From positions 6,758,001 to 6,822,000 of the forward strand of contig CM075991.1 of assembly GCA_038087875.1 (NCBI GenBank): a stretch of 64,000 bases of DNA, read 5' to 3'. Both the position numbers and the translations under genes were made by a program. Position 1 is the stretch's first letter. Each line of letters begins with the position of its first letter. The notes below the pieces were generated by a model. That model made no database searches, was not told the DNA's origin, and saw only the letters and a program-made list of their open reading frames with translations. The stretch comes from Malacoraja senta. Lineage: Eukaryota. This document shows, piece after piece, positions 1 through 14,693 of the stretch.

Positions 1-1
1 C

Positions 2-91
<90 letters not shown>

Positions 92-1502
92 CTAAAGATA
101 AATCATCAAAACCCAACAATGAGAATCATTCACTGATGGACCTCATTCCACTGTACAAATAGAGCATAGATTTAAAAGTACATAACTCCCGAGAATAAAG
201 ATTTTTAATGTATTAACCATTTTCAAACTTCCCACTTCCGACACACCCATCACTTCTGAATTTATTTTCTCAATGCAATTCACTTTGTCCCTGCGTGAAA
301 TTCTGATGTCAGGTGCAATAATTTTGTTTTAAATAGTTTATGAAAAATACACATGCCTGACAAGGTCAGAATTTATTGCCTATTCCCCTTCCCCTCAAGA
401 AGGGATTGGTGAACCTCTCTCTTGATTTATTGCTGTACATCTGGTGAAGATTTACATTGGTATTGGGCTGTGAATGATAGGCATTAAACCCAGAAATTGA
501 AGTAGAGCAACAAATTGCCAAGCCAAGATGGTATGCGGAGGGGAGTGTGTAGATGGTGGTAGTGCTCCCAAGTACCATGGAACCTGTCTTGGTTGGAAGG
601 AATCAGTTTGGTAAACCTATGAGCCAACTGTAGCCAGTTTAGCCACAAAACAAAAATCAAGACTAAAAAAGCACCTTTCCTAAACTCCATAACCTACAGA
701 AGCCATTTTATGACACTGACCCACCTAGTGAGATCAGCTAACCCCCCCAAGATCAGTAATCAGTAACCTTCCCAGCCTGTATCTGCCCACGTCCACATCA
801 ATCACTGCACTTAGCAATTCAGTCATTAAAAATTGTTGCTTTTCCAAAAATACATACACTCAAAGATAAAATCAATGTAGACAATTAACATAAGAGTAAC
901 CTTATCCATTACACAACTTCTGCTTTGTGTTCACAATAAATACGGAGCGGAAAAGAGAGGCATTGCTTTCTACTCTTAGTTTATTACTCTGGGGAGAAAG
1001 GAGGTCGTATGGTCTCTTCATACAGAAAGCCGTGTGGCCTTGAGGTCAGATTTCAGTGCATTGCGATTATCGTGGGGAGGAGGTGTGGGAAGGAAAAGAA
1101 AGAAGCACTTTTCCAGTAGTGTCTTCACTCGTGAATTGTTAAGATTCACGATGCTATGAAAACAAACTCATCACATGTATGACAGAAGACTGCTTCATGT
1201 TCATCTTTAAATTTATGGTAACTAAAAATGGGAAAAACATTGTGGCAGAACAATGCTTGGTTGTCGTGATTCATTGTAGTAGAGGATAGTACCTTTAGAG
1301 TTGCATATCACTGTGTTTAGTATTGCTGCCAATGCATTTCTTAAGTTTCCTTAGCTACAAAAAATCTTGTTTAAAATGCTGTTGCACATTGCACATCCAA
1401 AGCAATCTTTCCCTTCTTTGAGAATTCTACCCGCTGACACAACCATTCTTAAATCACAATCAAAACATATTGACCAAACAGGCTGACAGTTTCCAAATTT
1501 CA

Positions 1503-1724
<222 letters not shown>

Positions 1725-3074
1725 TCAAAGCAACAAACGTGAGCTAAAGCAGGAGAGATACTTAACCTTGAAAGGAGCTATGAGAGACCTAATACAGACA
1801 TGCAAGATTGCAGAATGAAAAAGGATAAATCCTTTTAATCTGCAAGGTAGGCGATGTGTATAAATGCAGCCAGTCAACTGGCGAGCTGTTAAGTATGTCA
1901 AAAGTTATAAATGATTTCTGAACCCACAAAGTGCAACTTGAAGACTAGAAATGAAAATTGTCGTGGGCGTGATTTGATGCACTGACTGGTTTTCCCTTTC
2001 TATGTTTGCATTCACAAGATTGCACCACATTGACTAGCTTTAGAAACACCAAGGCATTAGAGGGTATGGTGGAAAATGCACAAAGTGAAAGAGGAGACAA
2101 GATTGTGTAATTGATAACCGCTTCAGTCAAATGCTGCAAAACCCACCCCCCCCCCCCCCAATCCTCAGCCGATCAGGAGGTTGGAATATGCATTTCAACA
2201 TTTTTGTAAATTATTCATATGCGTGAGAGATATTATCCTCAATTGAGAGATTTAAGTGTTCCTCCACCAGATCCACTTCATGCCTTTCGGAAAGTTGGTC
2301 AGAGAAAGAAACCATTTCTAAAGATTGCTGGCTTGCATCCAAGTGTTAAAGAAGATGATAATAAGCATTCTGAAATAATGACAGAGCAATAATCTATGGA
2401 AAATGGATCCGATTGCTCCGGTTTACTCCTATACCCAATGATGTATGGGTTTGTAGATTAATTGTGCATTGTAAATTGTCCCTAATATATAAGGAGCAGA
2501 TAAGAAAGCGGAATTACAGTGAACTGGTGTGATCAGGTGATCAATGGTCGGCATGGACTCGGTGTGCCAAAAGTCCTGTTTCCATGCTGTATTTCTAACC
2601 TAAATTAAAATGGTGCAAATCTCCATCTCAAACTGACATTTTCCACATCATCCACAGTTTGATGTGCAGATATTGCTTGTGAAGGTTGGAGTAAAGTAGT
2701 CCAAGGCAAGTGGTGTGGGTGCCCAGTGCTGGGAGATGGACTCAGGGCTGTATGTTGCCCAGCACATGTCTGTCAACACATGGAGTAGTTGCTGCCATTC
2801 CCCAGCAATGAACCACACTCACCTTACTCGCCACACATAGCTCCAAGTCCTACATCTCAGTCCTGAGCAGCTGTGCTGCCCACTTCAGCCTGCCCAACAC
2901 CAGTCCTCACCTTTCCGCGCTGATGAACAATTGGTTAAGTGTACTGGAGAAGGGCAGTAGCTCATGCCAGGTTCACAGCACAGCGACACAGATGGTCATG
3001 CATCTCTCTATATTTAATGCCATAATGACGATTCCATTAGTGCTCTTGTTCTTGGGAATATATGCTAAGTGCTA

Positions 3075-3385
3075 GGGCGGCAGTGTGGCGTGGCGGTAGA
3101 GTTACTGGTTTACATTGCCAGAGACCCGGGTTCGATACTAACTACGGGCGCTGTCTACATGGAGTTTGTACATTCTCCCCATGTCCTGTGTGGGTTTTCT
3201 CCGGGATCGCTGGTTTCCTGCCACACTCCAAAGACGCACAGGTCTGTAGGTTAATTAGTTTCGGTAAAATTGTAACGTCCCTAGTGTGTGTAGGATAGTG
3301 TTAGTGTTCAGGGATCGCTGGTCGGCATGGAATCGATGGGCTGAAGGGCCTGTTTCGGCGCTATATCTCTAACCTAAACTCAACT
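3075..3385 (+). mobile_element. tRNA-derived V-SINE (HE1-like), representative copy
   Basis: A/B-box head (GGTAGAG...GGTTCGAT), central V-domain (GTTCTCCCC..GTGGGTTTTCTCCGGG..GGTTTCCTCCCACA), CR1-derived tail, (CTAAA)n end. Other + copies at ~4235-4525, 6765-7042, 20395-20660, 29995-30260, 41345-41645, 46412-46692, 47380-47640, 47920-48380. Confidence 0.85.
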
Positions 3386-4959
3386 AAGAAAGCTAACAAA
3401 GTCATAGAGTACATTTCCAAGTCAGAAGTTATGTGTAACATAGAAACAAAATGCTGGAGGAATTCAGCGGGACAGGTGGCTTCTGCGAAGGGAAGGAACA
3501 CAAGACGTTTCGGGTCAGGAACCTTCTTTGCAGCTTAGGAAGATCCTTGCAGAAGATAGTGATTCCATCATACTCCTATTGCATCAAGTTCCAAGAACTG
3601 ACAGAAAAGTGCCCTTACTTAGCTTTCCACAAATTGAGCTCAGTCAGCTATTTCAGTGGATAGGTTCATTAAGATGCATCATCATAGGTTTCTCACAAAT
3701 GCATTCAAAACAGCACGAAGAGAGATGTTGAAACTGCCCCTCATTTCTCTTCCTTCGGTGATAAAGAGGAAAATCAAAATAAGTGATAAGGAAGAAAAAG
3801 TTCCAGAAATCAAAGAATACTGATTTAATTGTATATGTACTTTAATGCCAGGAGAACAAAGACATTTCTGGTGTTATTTTGTTTTTGCGATCTTCACAGA
3901 ACCAACAGCTGTAGCCATGGAAACAGGCAATCACTATCCATCGCTTGAACGGAAAGCACACACATTGCACTCCCAAGTGGAATATCAGTGCCTGCAATTT
4001 TGCAGTTTCCAATGTCCGGGTGCTGCAAAGTGTGATCCGAATGTGTGCCAAAGGAACTGAATGTGCAAATTTATATCATTACAAATGTGGGCATGTTGCC
4101 AAATCTGCTCTCCATCAGCTACAGACTGATTAGCAGACTGATGGTTTCTTCACTGTGATAAAGTTTCACGTTCAAGAAAATCTATTATTTGTTTGCTGAA
4201 CAGGTGCTCCAGCTTTGTCGTAGACTTTCAGGTACACAAAAGGTAGTGCAGTGGTAGAATTGCTGCCTTACAGTTCCAGATACCCTGGTTCGATCCTGAC
4301 TACTGGTGCTGTCTGTACAGAGTTTGTACGTTTTCCCTGTGACCGCATGTGTTTCCCTGGGTGCTCCGTTTCCTCCCACATTCCCCAGACGTACAGATTT
4401 GCAGGATAATTTGGCTTTAGTAAAAATTGTAAATTGTCCCTAGTCTGTAGGATATTGTACGTGGAATGCTGGTCGGTGTGGACTCAGTGGGCTGAAGGGC
4501 CTGTTACGGCACTGTAAACTAAAACACAAAGTAAGGTATTCTCATGAAAAAAAACACAATTTATTTCCTTCAGTAATTGTATTATAGAGTATAATTACTC
4601 TTATTTCTTCATGGCAACAGACGAGACAAATTGACAAAAAAAATCTGCTTCTATTAAATAAATAGCTAGTTTCACAAGTGCATGGAAGCCCAAATCTTTC
4701 ATGTCCATTAATTTAGTAATTTTAGTCTCATCATGACACAGGAAAATCTAGAAGGATTGCACTGTGGGATAAAAAGTGGGAACAACAATATTCTGAGGTG
4801 ACCTTTCATCAAGAAGTATGAAAATATTTTTAAAAATTCAAATGGAGTATTAATAATCACGTCATTCAGAGCATGACATGGCAGGAAAGGCCATTCATAA
4901 ATATAACTCGGATCAATAACATTTCACAGATGGGGAGTGAACAGTTTATATCACTTACT

Positions 4960-5980
4960 GACAGATAATATTCCACATTTTCCTAGAACAGTGGTAAGCT
5001 GATCTACAAGATGAAGATGCATAGCATCCATGGTGATTTTGTCTTTTGGATTCAGAACTGGCTTGCTTATACAAGACAGGGAGTTGTAGTGGTTGGGTGT
5101 TATTCTGGCCTTACGTCTGTGACCAGTGGAGTTCCGCAGGGATTTGTATTGGGACCACAGATTTCGTTTTTTTTAGTTTAGAGATACAGCACGGAACCAG
5201 CAATCCCCACTCATTAACACTATCGGACACACATGAAGGACAATTTTTACACATACCAAACCAATTAACCTTCAAACCTGTACGTCATTGGAGTGTGGAA
5301 GGAAACTGAAGATCTCTGAGAAAATCCACGCGGTCACAAGGAGAACGTACAAACTCCCTGCAGTCAGCACCCGTAGTTGGGATCGAAACCGGGTCTCTGA
5401 CGCTGCAAGCACTGTAAGGCAACAATTCCACCGCTGCGCAACCTGGATGTTTGAGATATGTATAAATGACTTGTATGTAAACGTAGATAGTTTGGTTAAT
5501 AAGTTTTCAAACAGAGAGGAAGGCTGTCAAAGTGTCCAGTGGGATATAGATCAGCCACAGAAATTGGCAGAGAAATGGCAGATTAAGAGTCTAATCCAAG
5601 CAAGTGTGAGGTATTACACTTGGGAGGTCGAATGCAAGGGGAAAATATACAGTTAATGGCGAGATCCTTAATAGCATTGACGCACAGAGAAATCTTGGGG
5701 TTCAAGTCCATAGCTACCTGAAAATTCCAACATGGATGATGAAGTGGTAAAGAAGGTGTATGCTTTAAGGTGAGAGGGGCAAAGTTTAAAGGAAATATAC
5801 TTTTTTTTTTTAACGTACTGAGAATGGTGGGTGCCTGGAACACGCTGCCGGGAGGTGATTGTGGAGGCCACCAGTGAATGGAAGGACATCGATCATTTGC
5901 AGGCAGAGGAGATTAGTTTAACTTGGCATATGTTCAGCGGGCCGAATTGCCTGTTCCCGTGCTATACTGTTTTATGTTTG
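4960..5980 (+). mobile_element. Decayed CR1 fragment, interrupted by a minus-strand V-SINE at ~5170-5445
   Basis: Remnant RT motifs (SGVPQG, YINDL, WAEKWQ-like) and CR1 3' tail. Confidence 0.7.
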
Positions 5981-7661
5981 GTGCTAAGTTTAAATTGGTA
6001 TTGTGGTCAACAGAGACATCATAGGCTGAAGGACTTGTTCCTGTGCTGTACTTTTCTATATTAAACTATACTTTAACTCTCAATTATGCTAATGACACAT
6101 TTTCCACTTGTCCCCCAAAGTTACACCATCCTTCATCGCCAAGTGCGGAAAAATACTGGGATGAACGCTAATTTGATCACGTGAATTTTCTTTGTCTGCT
6201 TTCGGAACAGTAATATTAATTCACCTGCTGTATTTGAAAGTTTTTCAGGTCTGTTACACAACTTGGCAAAGTAGTTTGAAATGGAAATGTTCAAAACCTG
6301 GTTGGTTCAACTGCGACTTAGCCCGTTTTCAGCCATCTTAGTCACTATGTTGCTCAATATAATCATAAGTCAATTTGTCCTCCCACTTCTCAACTTCATG
6401 AAGAGAATGAAAATGGGAGGGCTAGGTGGTTTACTAGCAATAATGTATTTCCTGCTGTCAAAGACTTTCTATGTACTACTGGATTACTCAGTACATGCTT
6501 GTCAAGTAAAGAAATTATAAAATGTGTGTGACTAATAGAAGCTGACACGTCATTCTACTTCACTTATCTGATTCAGAGTACATCAGGAAAAACATGTTAT
6601 ACTCCTCATCCTACTCCCAAAAATGTTATGTATAATGGTGCATTCAATTGCCCAAACAAATTAATTTCTTACATTCCATGTGAGCAAGAGCATTTATGCA
6701 ATGGAGTACAGCGGGAGGCCTACGCATCTCCCAATGGTGAGCATTGATAAAAAGTATTGTGCAGCATGGTGGCGCAGCGTACAGCACCAACGACCCGGGT
6801 TCGTTCCAGATTACTGGTGCTGGCTGCCTGTACGGAGTTTGTATGTTCTTCCCGTTACTGCGTGGGCTTTCACAGGGTCCTCCGGTTTCCTCCCACACTC
6901 CAAAGACGTACAGGTTTATAGGTTATTTGGCTTCGGTAAAATTCTAACTTGTCCCTAATGTGTAGGACAGTGCTAGTTTATGGGGATCGCTGGTCATCGT
7001 GGGCCGAAGGGCCTGTACGTTGGCTGTATCGCTAAACTAAAATGGGGAACAAAAAATGTTTGTTTTATATAATGGTAACTTCTGAAGAAGTGTCTCGACC
7101 CGAAACATCACCCATTCCTTCTCTCCAGTGATGCTGCCTGTCTCGCTGAGTTACTCCAGCATTTTGTGTCTAACTTCAAGAATACCCTGGATCTACCACA
7201 CCCACTACCACATCCTTCACTTTGATTTAACGGTGATCTGCAATTCTCCAAATAAATATCACAATGTTTCCAAATTAAATTGTTATTTTCCTCAAGAGCC
7301 ATTTTATGATCACATCTAGCACAGATTCAGTTTGCTGATAGACATTGTGAGATATCACGGAGTCAGATTCAACATGAGGATGTAATCAATTTCAAGGATT
7401 AGCCGTTGACTCAGTAGTTGAGAACTTGTTCCATAAATCCATGGAAAATGTAAGGAAACAATTTATTTTACCGAAACTACAACACTCGATGTTCAGCGTC
7501 TGAATAAAGCTGCAAAGGGATTAATCAAGTTAAGCCTCGCAATTGCTGTCACTATCTTTTTTTTAGTATGGTAACATTGTTCCCCACAACACATTAGTCG
7601 ATAAAGGAGAAATTTAAGTGAAGAGGACCGTAATTTTAGTTCCCAGTTGTACAACAAATCA

Positions 7662-7910
<249 letters not shown>

Positions 7911-8394
7911 TTAATTTAATAGTTCACTGTTGCATTTTTGCTACATCACCTCAGGGCAACAAAAGCAGTGGTACAACAGGCATCTTAGGGCCGGGGCCAC
8001 GAATGGGGGCAAGTGGGCAAGATCCATGACTCCAGTTTGTAACAATAAGAAGCGATGTGCCTGGAAAAAGTATGATTCTGGAGGCTTTATTATTAACTAC
8101 ACGAGACTTGGCCACCACATACCCCAGGATATTTCAGCATGCTCGTATTCTCAGCCGAGGTAAAGGGCTAACGTTATGTGCAGCAGTAAAGAAATGAGCA
8201 GGAAGAGTAAATAAACAAAAACATAATAGCTGCTGGTACTGCAAAATGTATATTGACAACTTGCAGGCTCACTCTCAGATACTTGCATTGCGTGTTCCAA
8301 AAGCAGCATAAAGGAACAGCTGTAAATATGCTGTAAATCTGAAATACAAATTGAAAATCCTTGTACCACTCAGCTAGTCAAGCAGGACGTGTCA

Positions 8395-8640
<246 letters not shown>

Positions 8641-9250
8641 TTATATGGCTACCATCTGAAGTACAGAATCTCAGCAAACTTCACCAAATTATGGCTGTAT
8701 TTGTGAGATCACCAACCCTCTGCCTCCAGAGAGTATCTCCAGAGAGCACCACTATCTTACTGGTGTGGTATTCTAATTACATTTATCGACCCTTTCAAAA
8801 TCTTTTATCCGTCCTTGCTCTGAGTAAACATCGCTCATCAAATATAAACAACAATCGGAGATTAAAATCTTATTCTCTACCTTGCTGTTTTTGTGAACTT
8901 TCATTTCCTGAGTTGTCAACTGTGGTCATTAGAATAATAATCTGCACCTGAATATGATTCATGGTACTTTTGGGAGGACTGAAAGAGATATTAAGCTGGA
9001 AAGGGTACAGAGAAGATTTACTATAGCGAGAGGCTGAGTAGGCTGGGAGTCTATTCCTTGGAGCGCAGGAGGATGAGGGGTGATCTTATAGAGATGTATA
9101 TAATCATGAGAATAGATTGGGTAGATTGGTAATGCGCCGAGTCTCTTGCCCAGAGTAGGGGAAATCGAGGACCAGAGGACATAGGTTTAAGGTGAAGGGG
9201 AAAAGATTTAATCGGAATCTGAGAGGTAACATTTTCACACAAAGGGTGGT

Positions 9251-9391
9251 CTTCTTCTTCTTGCGTATGGCGTGCACAGCCTAAAGTTGTAGGACAACTT
9301 GTTCTATTTGATCTTATTTGATTGTACACGTCGGGTTGATTGCATTAGTCGAAACAGGTCGGACCACGTGAAGGTTGCAATCTCCCACCCC
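9251..9391 (-). mobile_element. ~140-bp non-autonomous retroposon with 5' HDV-like ribozyme, copy 1
   Basis: TSD ACAAAGGGTGGT at 9239-9250 and 9392-9403; (AAG)n tail; inserted in a CR1 fragment; homologous to 53769-53907. Confidence 0.9.
9338..9391 (-). ncRNA. Minimal HDV/CPEB3-like self-cleaving ribozyme (predicted)
   Basis: GGGGUGG-GA-GAUUGCA-ACC-UUCACGU-GGU-CCGACCU-GUUUCGA-CUAA-UGCAAUC, i.e. P1-J1/2-P2-P3-L3-P3'-P1'-P1.1/P4 stub-J4/2-P2'. One P1 mismatch; predicted catalytic C at 9348. Confidence 0.8.
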
Positions 9392-10774
9392 ACAAAGGGT
9401 GGTGGGTGAATGGAACAAGCTGCCAGAGGAGGCAGTTGAGGCTGGGACTATCCCAACGTTTAAGAAACAGTTAGAAAGGTACATGGATGGGACAGGTTTG
9501 GAGGGATATGGAGCAAGCGCAGGCAGGTCCGGCTAGTGTAGCTGGGACATGTTGGAAGGTATGGGCAAGTTGAGCCGAAGGTCCTGTTTCCACACCGTAT
9601 GAATCCATGACTATCATAATGTCAGCAAATTATTCTCTTCGATGTCTGGAACGTGGTAAAATTTACCAACCATGCAGTGCTTTGGGTTAAACACTTTCAG
9701 GAATAAAATACTGAGCATCCTACACTCAACACTCTCAGAGGCCATTTAAAAAAAATCTGAGTTTCCTTGGTACTTGATGATAACCAGATCTATGCATCCA
9801 AAATAGACCAAAATTAGTTACAGGGATGGTAGGAGTCTGAATTATCAAATTTTCCGTTATCTAAAACCACAATAATGCAAATTAAAAAAATTAAAAACCA
9901 AAGATCGGATGGAAAAAAATTCTGGCTTTTGGAGACAGAGAAATTGGAATGAACATTTCTGACAAATCACCTCCTGTAAAAAACTAGAGAACTGGGAAGG
10001 AGACAGGGTGGAAAGTCTAAAAGGAACATAAGATAGAAAACAGAAATCCAAAGCAGTTATCAAAGGATGAAAAGGGGACGATGACTCAAGAAAAAAAGGA
10101 TGGTGATTATCTGCTTGAATTACCTCTCATTTTCTACTTTTCATTTCTGCAAATGAAACCTTCTTGAACAAACAAGCCGTTTTGTTAGAAACATTTTAGA
10201 TACTTTATGATATTTTTCTATTAAGAATAGCAATTGAAAAGCAGCAAAATCCACAGCCTTTTCAATAGCTTGAAATTGTTGAGAGAATTTTGATCTACTA
10301 TAATAGGCAGCACTGATCCTTGATTAAAATCAGTGGACACAGATGCTGCTTCCAACAGTAGCCTGGATCAGTGGCAGTAGTGGCACAGATGCAATATTCA
10401 AAGCAGAAAAATTAATCACAAGGACAGCACTGACAGCAGGCAGCAATTTGCTCTGGCACACAACAAGCTGCTCTGAATAACCAAGCACAGCTCCCTGCTG
10501 GGAGGCAGCAGCAGAGTGTCATGAAAGGACAAAGGCAGGAGGACATAGGATGCTGGAACTCCACAAAGAACACGCCTAAATCTTCAATAGATAAAGGTCA
10601 CACAATATTAAGTTCAAGCTTAGCTTCACTTAGTAATGATGGTTAAATTGGGCAGTGTGGCAAGGTGACAGCCCCCTTGCATCCCTCCTCCAATCTTACT
10701 TATTCAAGGACTTGACATGGTTGGGGATGACTGATGAGAAACTGCTTCCCTTGACTGGAAGTGTCGGAGCCGGG

Positions 10775-11420
10775 GGGAACTGCAGATGCTGGATTATATT
10801 GAAGATGGACACAAAAATGCTGGAGCAACTCAATGGATCAGGTCGCATCTCTGGAGAAAAAGAATAGGCGATGTTTGGGGTCAGACTTTGCGTGTGGCTG
10901 ACAGTGGAGGAGACCCAGGCCAGAAAGGTCAGTGTGGGAATGGGAAGGGAAGTTAAAATGTTTGGCAACCCCAGTGATCGCGTAAACCTAGACAGACTGA
11001 GTGTAAGTGTTCAGCCACATGTAAATTGGAGGAAGAGCACCTCATATTTTGCTTGGGCAGTTTATAACCCAGTGGCATGTATGTAGATTTCCCTAATTTC
11101 AACTAACGCCTGCATTGCCTCCCCTCAATCCCTCCTCCCTCACCCTAGTCGTCCTACCAGTTCCACTGGTTGCATCCTTGTATCCCTCTTGTTATCACAC
11201 CTTCCCAGCCAACAATGGGCCATTATCGACTCCACCCTTCCTGAGGTCATCTGTTGGTGACCCTGATTTGTTCTGGCCTTTTCTAACCTCCGGTTTATTC
11301 CCTCCCCCCACCTCTACTTTCAGTCTGAAGAAGGCTTCTGGCCCGAAACATCATCTATTCTGCTTCTCCGGAAATGCTGCCTGATCCATTGAGTTACTCC
11401 AGAATTTTGTGCCTACCTTT
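10775..11420 (+). mobile_element. Penelope-like element fragment with inverted arrangement
   Basis: KLEEEHLIFCLGSL*PSGMYVDF at ~11023-11100, terminal repeat at ~11322-11420, inverted partner at ~10775-11020. Confidence 0.7.
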
Positions 11421-12444
11421 GCTTGACTGGAAAATAGACTCAAAGGGGTAACAGATGCATAAAAAAAGGGTCAGCTCTTTACTTGAAGAGAATTTTCTTG
11501 CTGGACTATGATAATTTAAAATCTCTATCCCAGAAGACTGCCAGATGTGTTGTTCGTGGATAACATTCAAAGCTGAGATTGACAGATAGATACCTAGGTT
11601 GTACAGGAATCAAGGATGTGGGATAGAGCAAACATGATTCTGTAAGATTTTCAATTGTGCCATTGCTGGTACATATGACAATAAAACACTTGACTCTCTC
11701 TTGAGCAGGAAAGCTTGACAATCAAATAATCCGCTGCAGCTCCTATTTCCGAAGTTCATTGCTAATGCATTGATAAAAGGTTTTCAAAAGAGAATTAAAA
11801 ATCAACAGAAAATTGGATTTCAATTCTTCCTCTCCTTACAATGTTGTTTCTTACAGAGGGGTTTCTAATACTTGAGACCAAAAATAAATCAGAAAATGCT
11901 GCAGATAGCAGGTTAGATGTGGAGGAAAACAGTCAACATTTTAGAACAATGACCTTTCATAAGAACTAAAAACGTGTAAAACCAAACTGCAATTTAAATT
12001 GCAGAGTCAGATTCAGGTAGAGTATATAGAACAAATTGCCGGATCTTAGAGGTGATGATGTACCGAGGGACCTTGGTATGCAAAATCATAGCTCATAAAG
12101 TGTTGACACTGGTAAAGAGGGCAGGGAAGGGAGCATTTTGTATATGCCGTCATAGGCCAAGGCATTGACTACACGAACTGGGAAGTAAATATGTAGCTGT
12201 ACATGTAGACTGTGTACAATTCTTGTTGGCACTCTGCAGGAGAGAAGTGGTAGCAATAGAGTGCAGAATGGATATTACTTGGATCGGAGGGCTGTAGTTA
12301 TGAGAAGAGATTGGATAGGCCAGGTTTATTCTCCCTGGAAGGTTGGAGGTGGAGGGTAAACTTATAGAGATTTATAAAATTGTGCGACATGTAGATGAAA
12401 TAGATAGTTAGGATCTTTTTCCCAGGAAAGGGAATCTATAACCA

Positions 12445-13240
12445 TATAACCCATAACAGCACGGAAACAGGCCATCTCGGCCCTTCAAGTCCGTGCCGAA
12501 CATTTTTTTTTTATTTTTACTTCCCCCTAGTCTCATCTACCTGCACTCAGACCATAACCCTCCATTCCTTTCCCATCCATATACCCATCCAATCTATTTT
12601 TAAAGGATAAAATCGAACCTGCCTCCACCACTTCCACTGGAAGCTCATTCCACACAGCTACCACTCTCTGAGTAAAGATGTTCCCCCTAATGTTACCCCT
12701 AAACTTCTGTCCCTTAATTCTCAAGTCATGTCCCCTTGTTTGAATCTTCCCTACTCTCAATGGGAAAAGCTTATCCACGTCAACTCTGTCTAACCCGCTC
12801 ATAATTTTAAAGACCTCTATCAAGTCCCCTCTTAACCTTCTGCGCTCCAAAGAATAAAGACCTAACTTGTTCAACCTTTCTCTGTAACTTAGTTGCTGAA
12901 ACCCAGGCAACATTCTAGTAAATCTCCTCTGTACTCTCTCTATTTTGTTGACATCCTTCCTATAATTAGGCAACCAAAATTGTACTCCATACTCCAGAAT
13001 TGGCCTCACCAATGCCTTGTACAATTTTAACATTACATCCCAACTTCTATATTCAATGCTCTGATTTATAAAGGCCAGCACACCAAAAGCTTTCTTTACC
13101 ACCCTATCTACATGAGATTCCACCTTCAGGGAACTATGCACAGTTATTCCTAGATCCCTCTGTTCAACTGCGTTCCTCAATTCGCTACCATTTACCATGT
13201 ACGTCCTATTTTGATTTGTCCTGCCGAGATGTAGCACCTC
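12445..13240 (-). mobile_element. Young 5'-truncated CR1 (HER1-like) LINE 3' end
   Basis: Uninterrupted ORF2 C-terminus (RDLG...LYKALVRPILEY...LERRRLRGDLIEVFK...TRGH...FTQRVV..WNELP), short 3' UTR and GGTTAT-type microsatellite tail. Confidence 0.92.
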
Positions 13241-13364
13241 ACCAGACGGCAACATTTAAGGTGAGAGGAGAGAAATTAAAAAAGGGATATGAAGGGTATG
13301 TTTTTCCACACAGTTATTTTGACTTATCAGTTACAATAGAATTCATAATGCATTTTGACTTTTC

Positions 13365-13670
13365 TTTAGACTTCAGAGATACAGTGCGGAAACAGGCCAT
13401 TCGGCCCATTGAGTCCGTGCCAACCAGTGATCACCCCGTACACTAGTAGTATCCTACACACTAGGGGAGATTTACAATTTTACCGAAGCCAATTAACCTA
13501 CAAACCTGTACGTGTCTGGAGTGTGGGAGGAAACCGGAGCACCTGGAGAAAACCTACATGGTCACAGAGAGAACGTCCAAACTCCGTACAGACAGCACTC
13601 GTAGTCAGGATCTAACATGGATCTGTGGCCCTGAAAGGCAGCAACTCTACTGCTGTGCCACTGTGCCACC
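13365..13670 (-). mobile_element. V-SINE (HE1-like), representative minus-strand copy
   Basis: Reverse complement of the family above. Other - copies at ~5170-5445, 39920-40188, 46290-46402 and 53692-54920 (interrupted twice). Confidence 0.85.
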
Positions 13671-14693
13671 GTGGAACAGACTGCCAGAAGAGGTTGAACT
13701 GGCAGATACAATTACAAGGTTTAAAAAGCATTTGGATAGGTATTTGAATAGGAACGGCACAGAGGGTTATGGGCCTAATGCAGGCAATAGGATTTACAGG
13801 CAAATGGGATTCATAATTGGCACATATGAGGTGAGGGTGAAAGCACCTGTTTCTATACTGTGCAGTTCTTTGGGGGGGAGGAGGAGGAGGGTGGAGACAG
13901 CAATTGGAATGTATTTTCTAGGTGGAGATCGAGATTGTTCTGGTGACACAAATGCTGTAGGTGTTGTCAAACACAGGATGATTAATGCTTGTCTGGTTGA
14001 GTATAAAGAGGAATTAGTTCAGTGAGTGCAGAAGAGTGAGCAAAAACAATGATGGAAATTGTGATATGCACAGCAGTTACCAGAAATCTGAAATCAAAGT
14101 TAATGCAGTGAAAAATTAGCAGATCAGGTAGCATTAACTGCTCATCCATCGGGAAAGTTTTTCTCACCCAACATAATGTACTGTCAGCAACAATAGCATT
14201 AGTCTTGCCTAAAGAATCGTGCTTTCCACCCGATCACAAACATTTCTATTTGCATTGCTTATTGGTCTTGTGCATGGCTTGATTGTACTTATGGAAGCAA
14301 AGGGTACCGATAGTCCGAAGAAGGGTTTCGGCCCGAAACTTTGCCTATTTCCTTCGCTCCATAGATGCTGCTGCACCCGCTGAGTTTCTCCAGCACTTTT
14401 GTCTACCTTTGATTTTCCAGCATCTGCAGTTCCTTCTTAAACAGCTTCTAATTAGGACAAGTAGGGTAATTGTGAATATTACTCAGATTTAGCCAAATAA
14501 GCATGACCAAAGATGACATGAAAGTTTTAAGTAAAGTTAATTTCAAATAGCTATTTGGAAAGCAGCCCTTTATTTAGGAATAAACTCAACACAGATAAAA
14601 CACTTCAGCCTTTTCTTTTCCTCCACTTGCTTAATTAAAATAGTTAAGTGTTTGAAAACATACTGCCTCACATTACATCATAAAATACTGGAG

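Larger units (their letters stand above)
8960..9615 (+). mobile_element. CR1 3' fragment (host of ribozyme retroposon copy 1)
   Basis: LERRRMRGDLIE-type sequence, FFTQRVV region and (ATGACT) tail. Confidence 0.85.
12040..13865 (+). mobile_element. Old CR1 fragment interrupted by a young CR1 and a V-SINE
   Basis: Decayed CR1 3' sequence at ~12040-12443 resumes at ~13241 and again at ~13671. Confidence 0.75.

Noticed and set aside
3075-3150. tRNA genes at GGTTCGAT motifs
   Set aside because: These are tRNA-derived SINE heads continuing into the V-domain and CR1 tail; no full cloverleaf.
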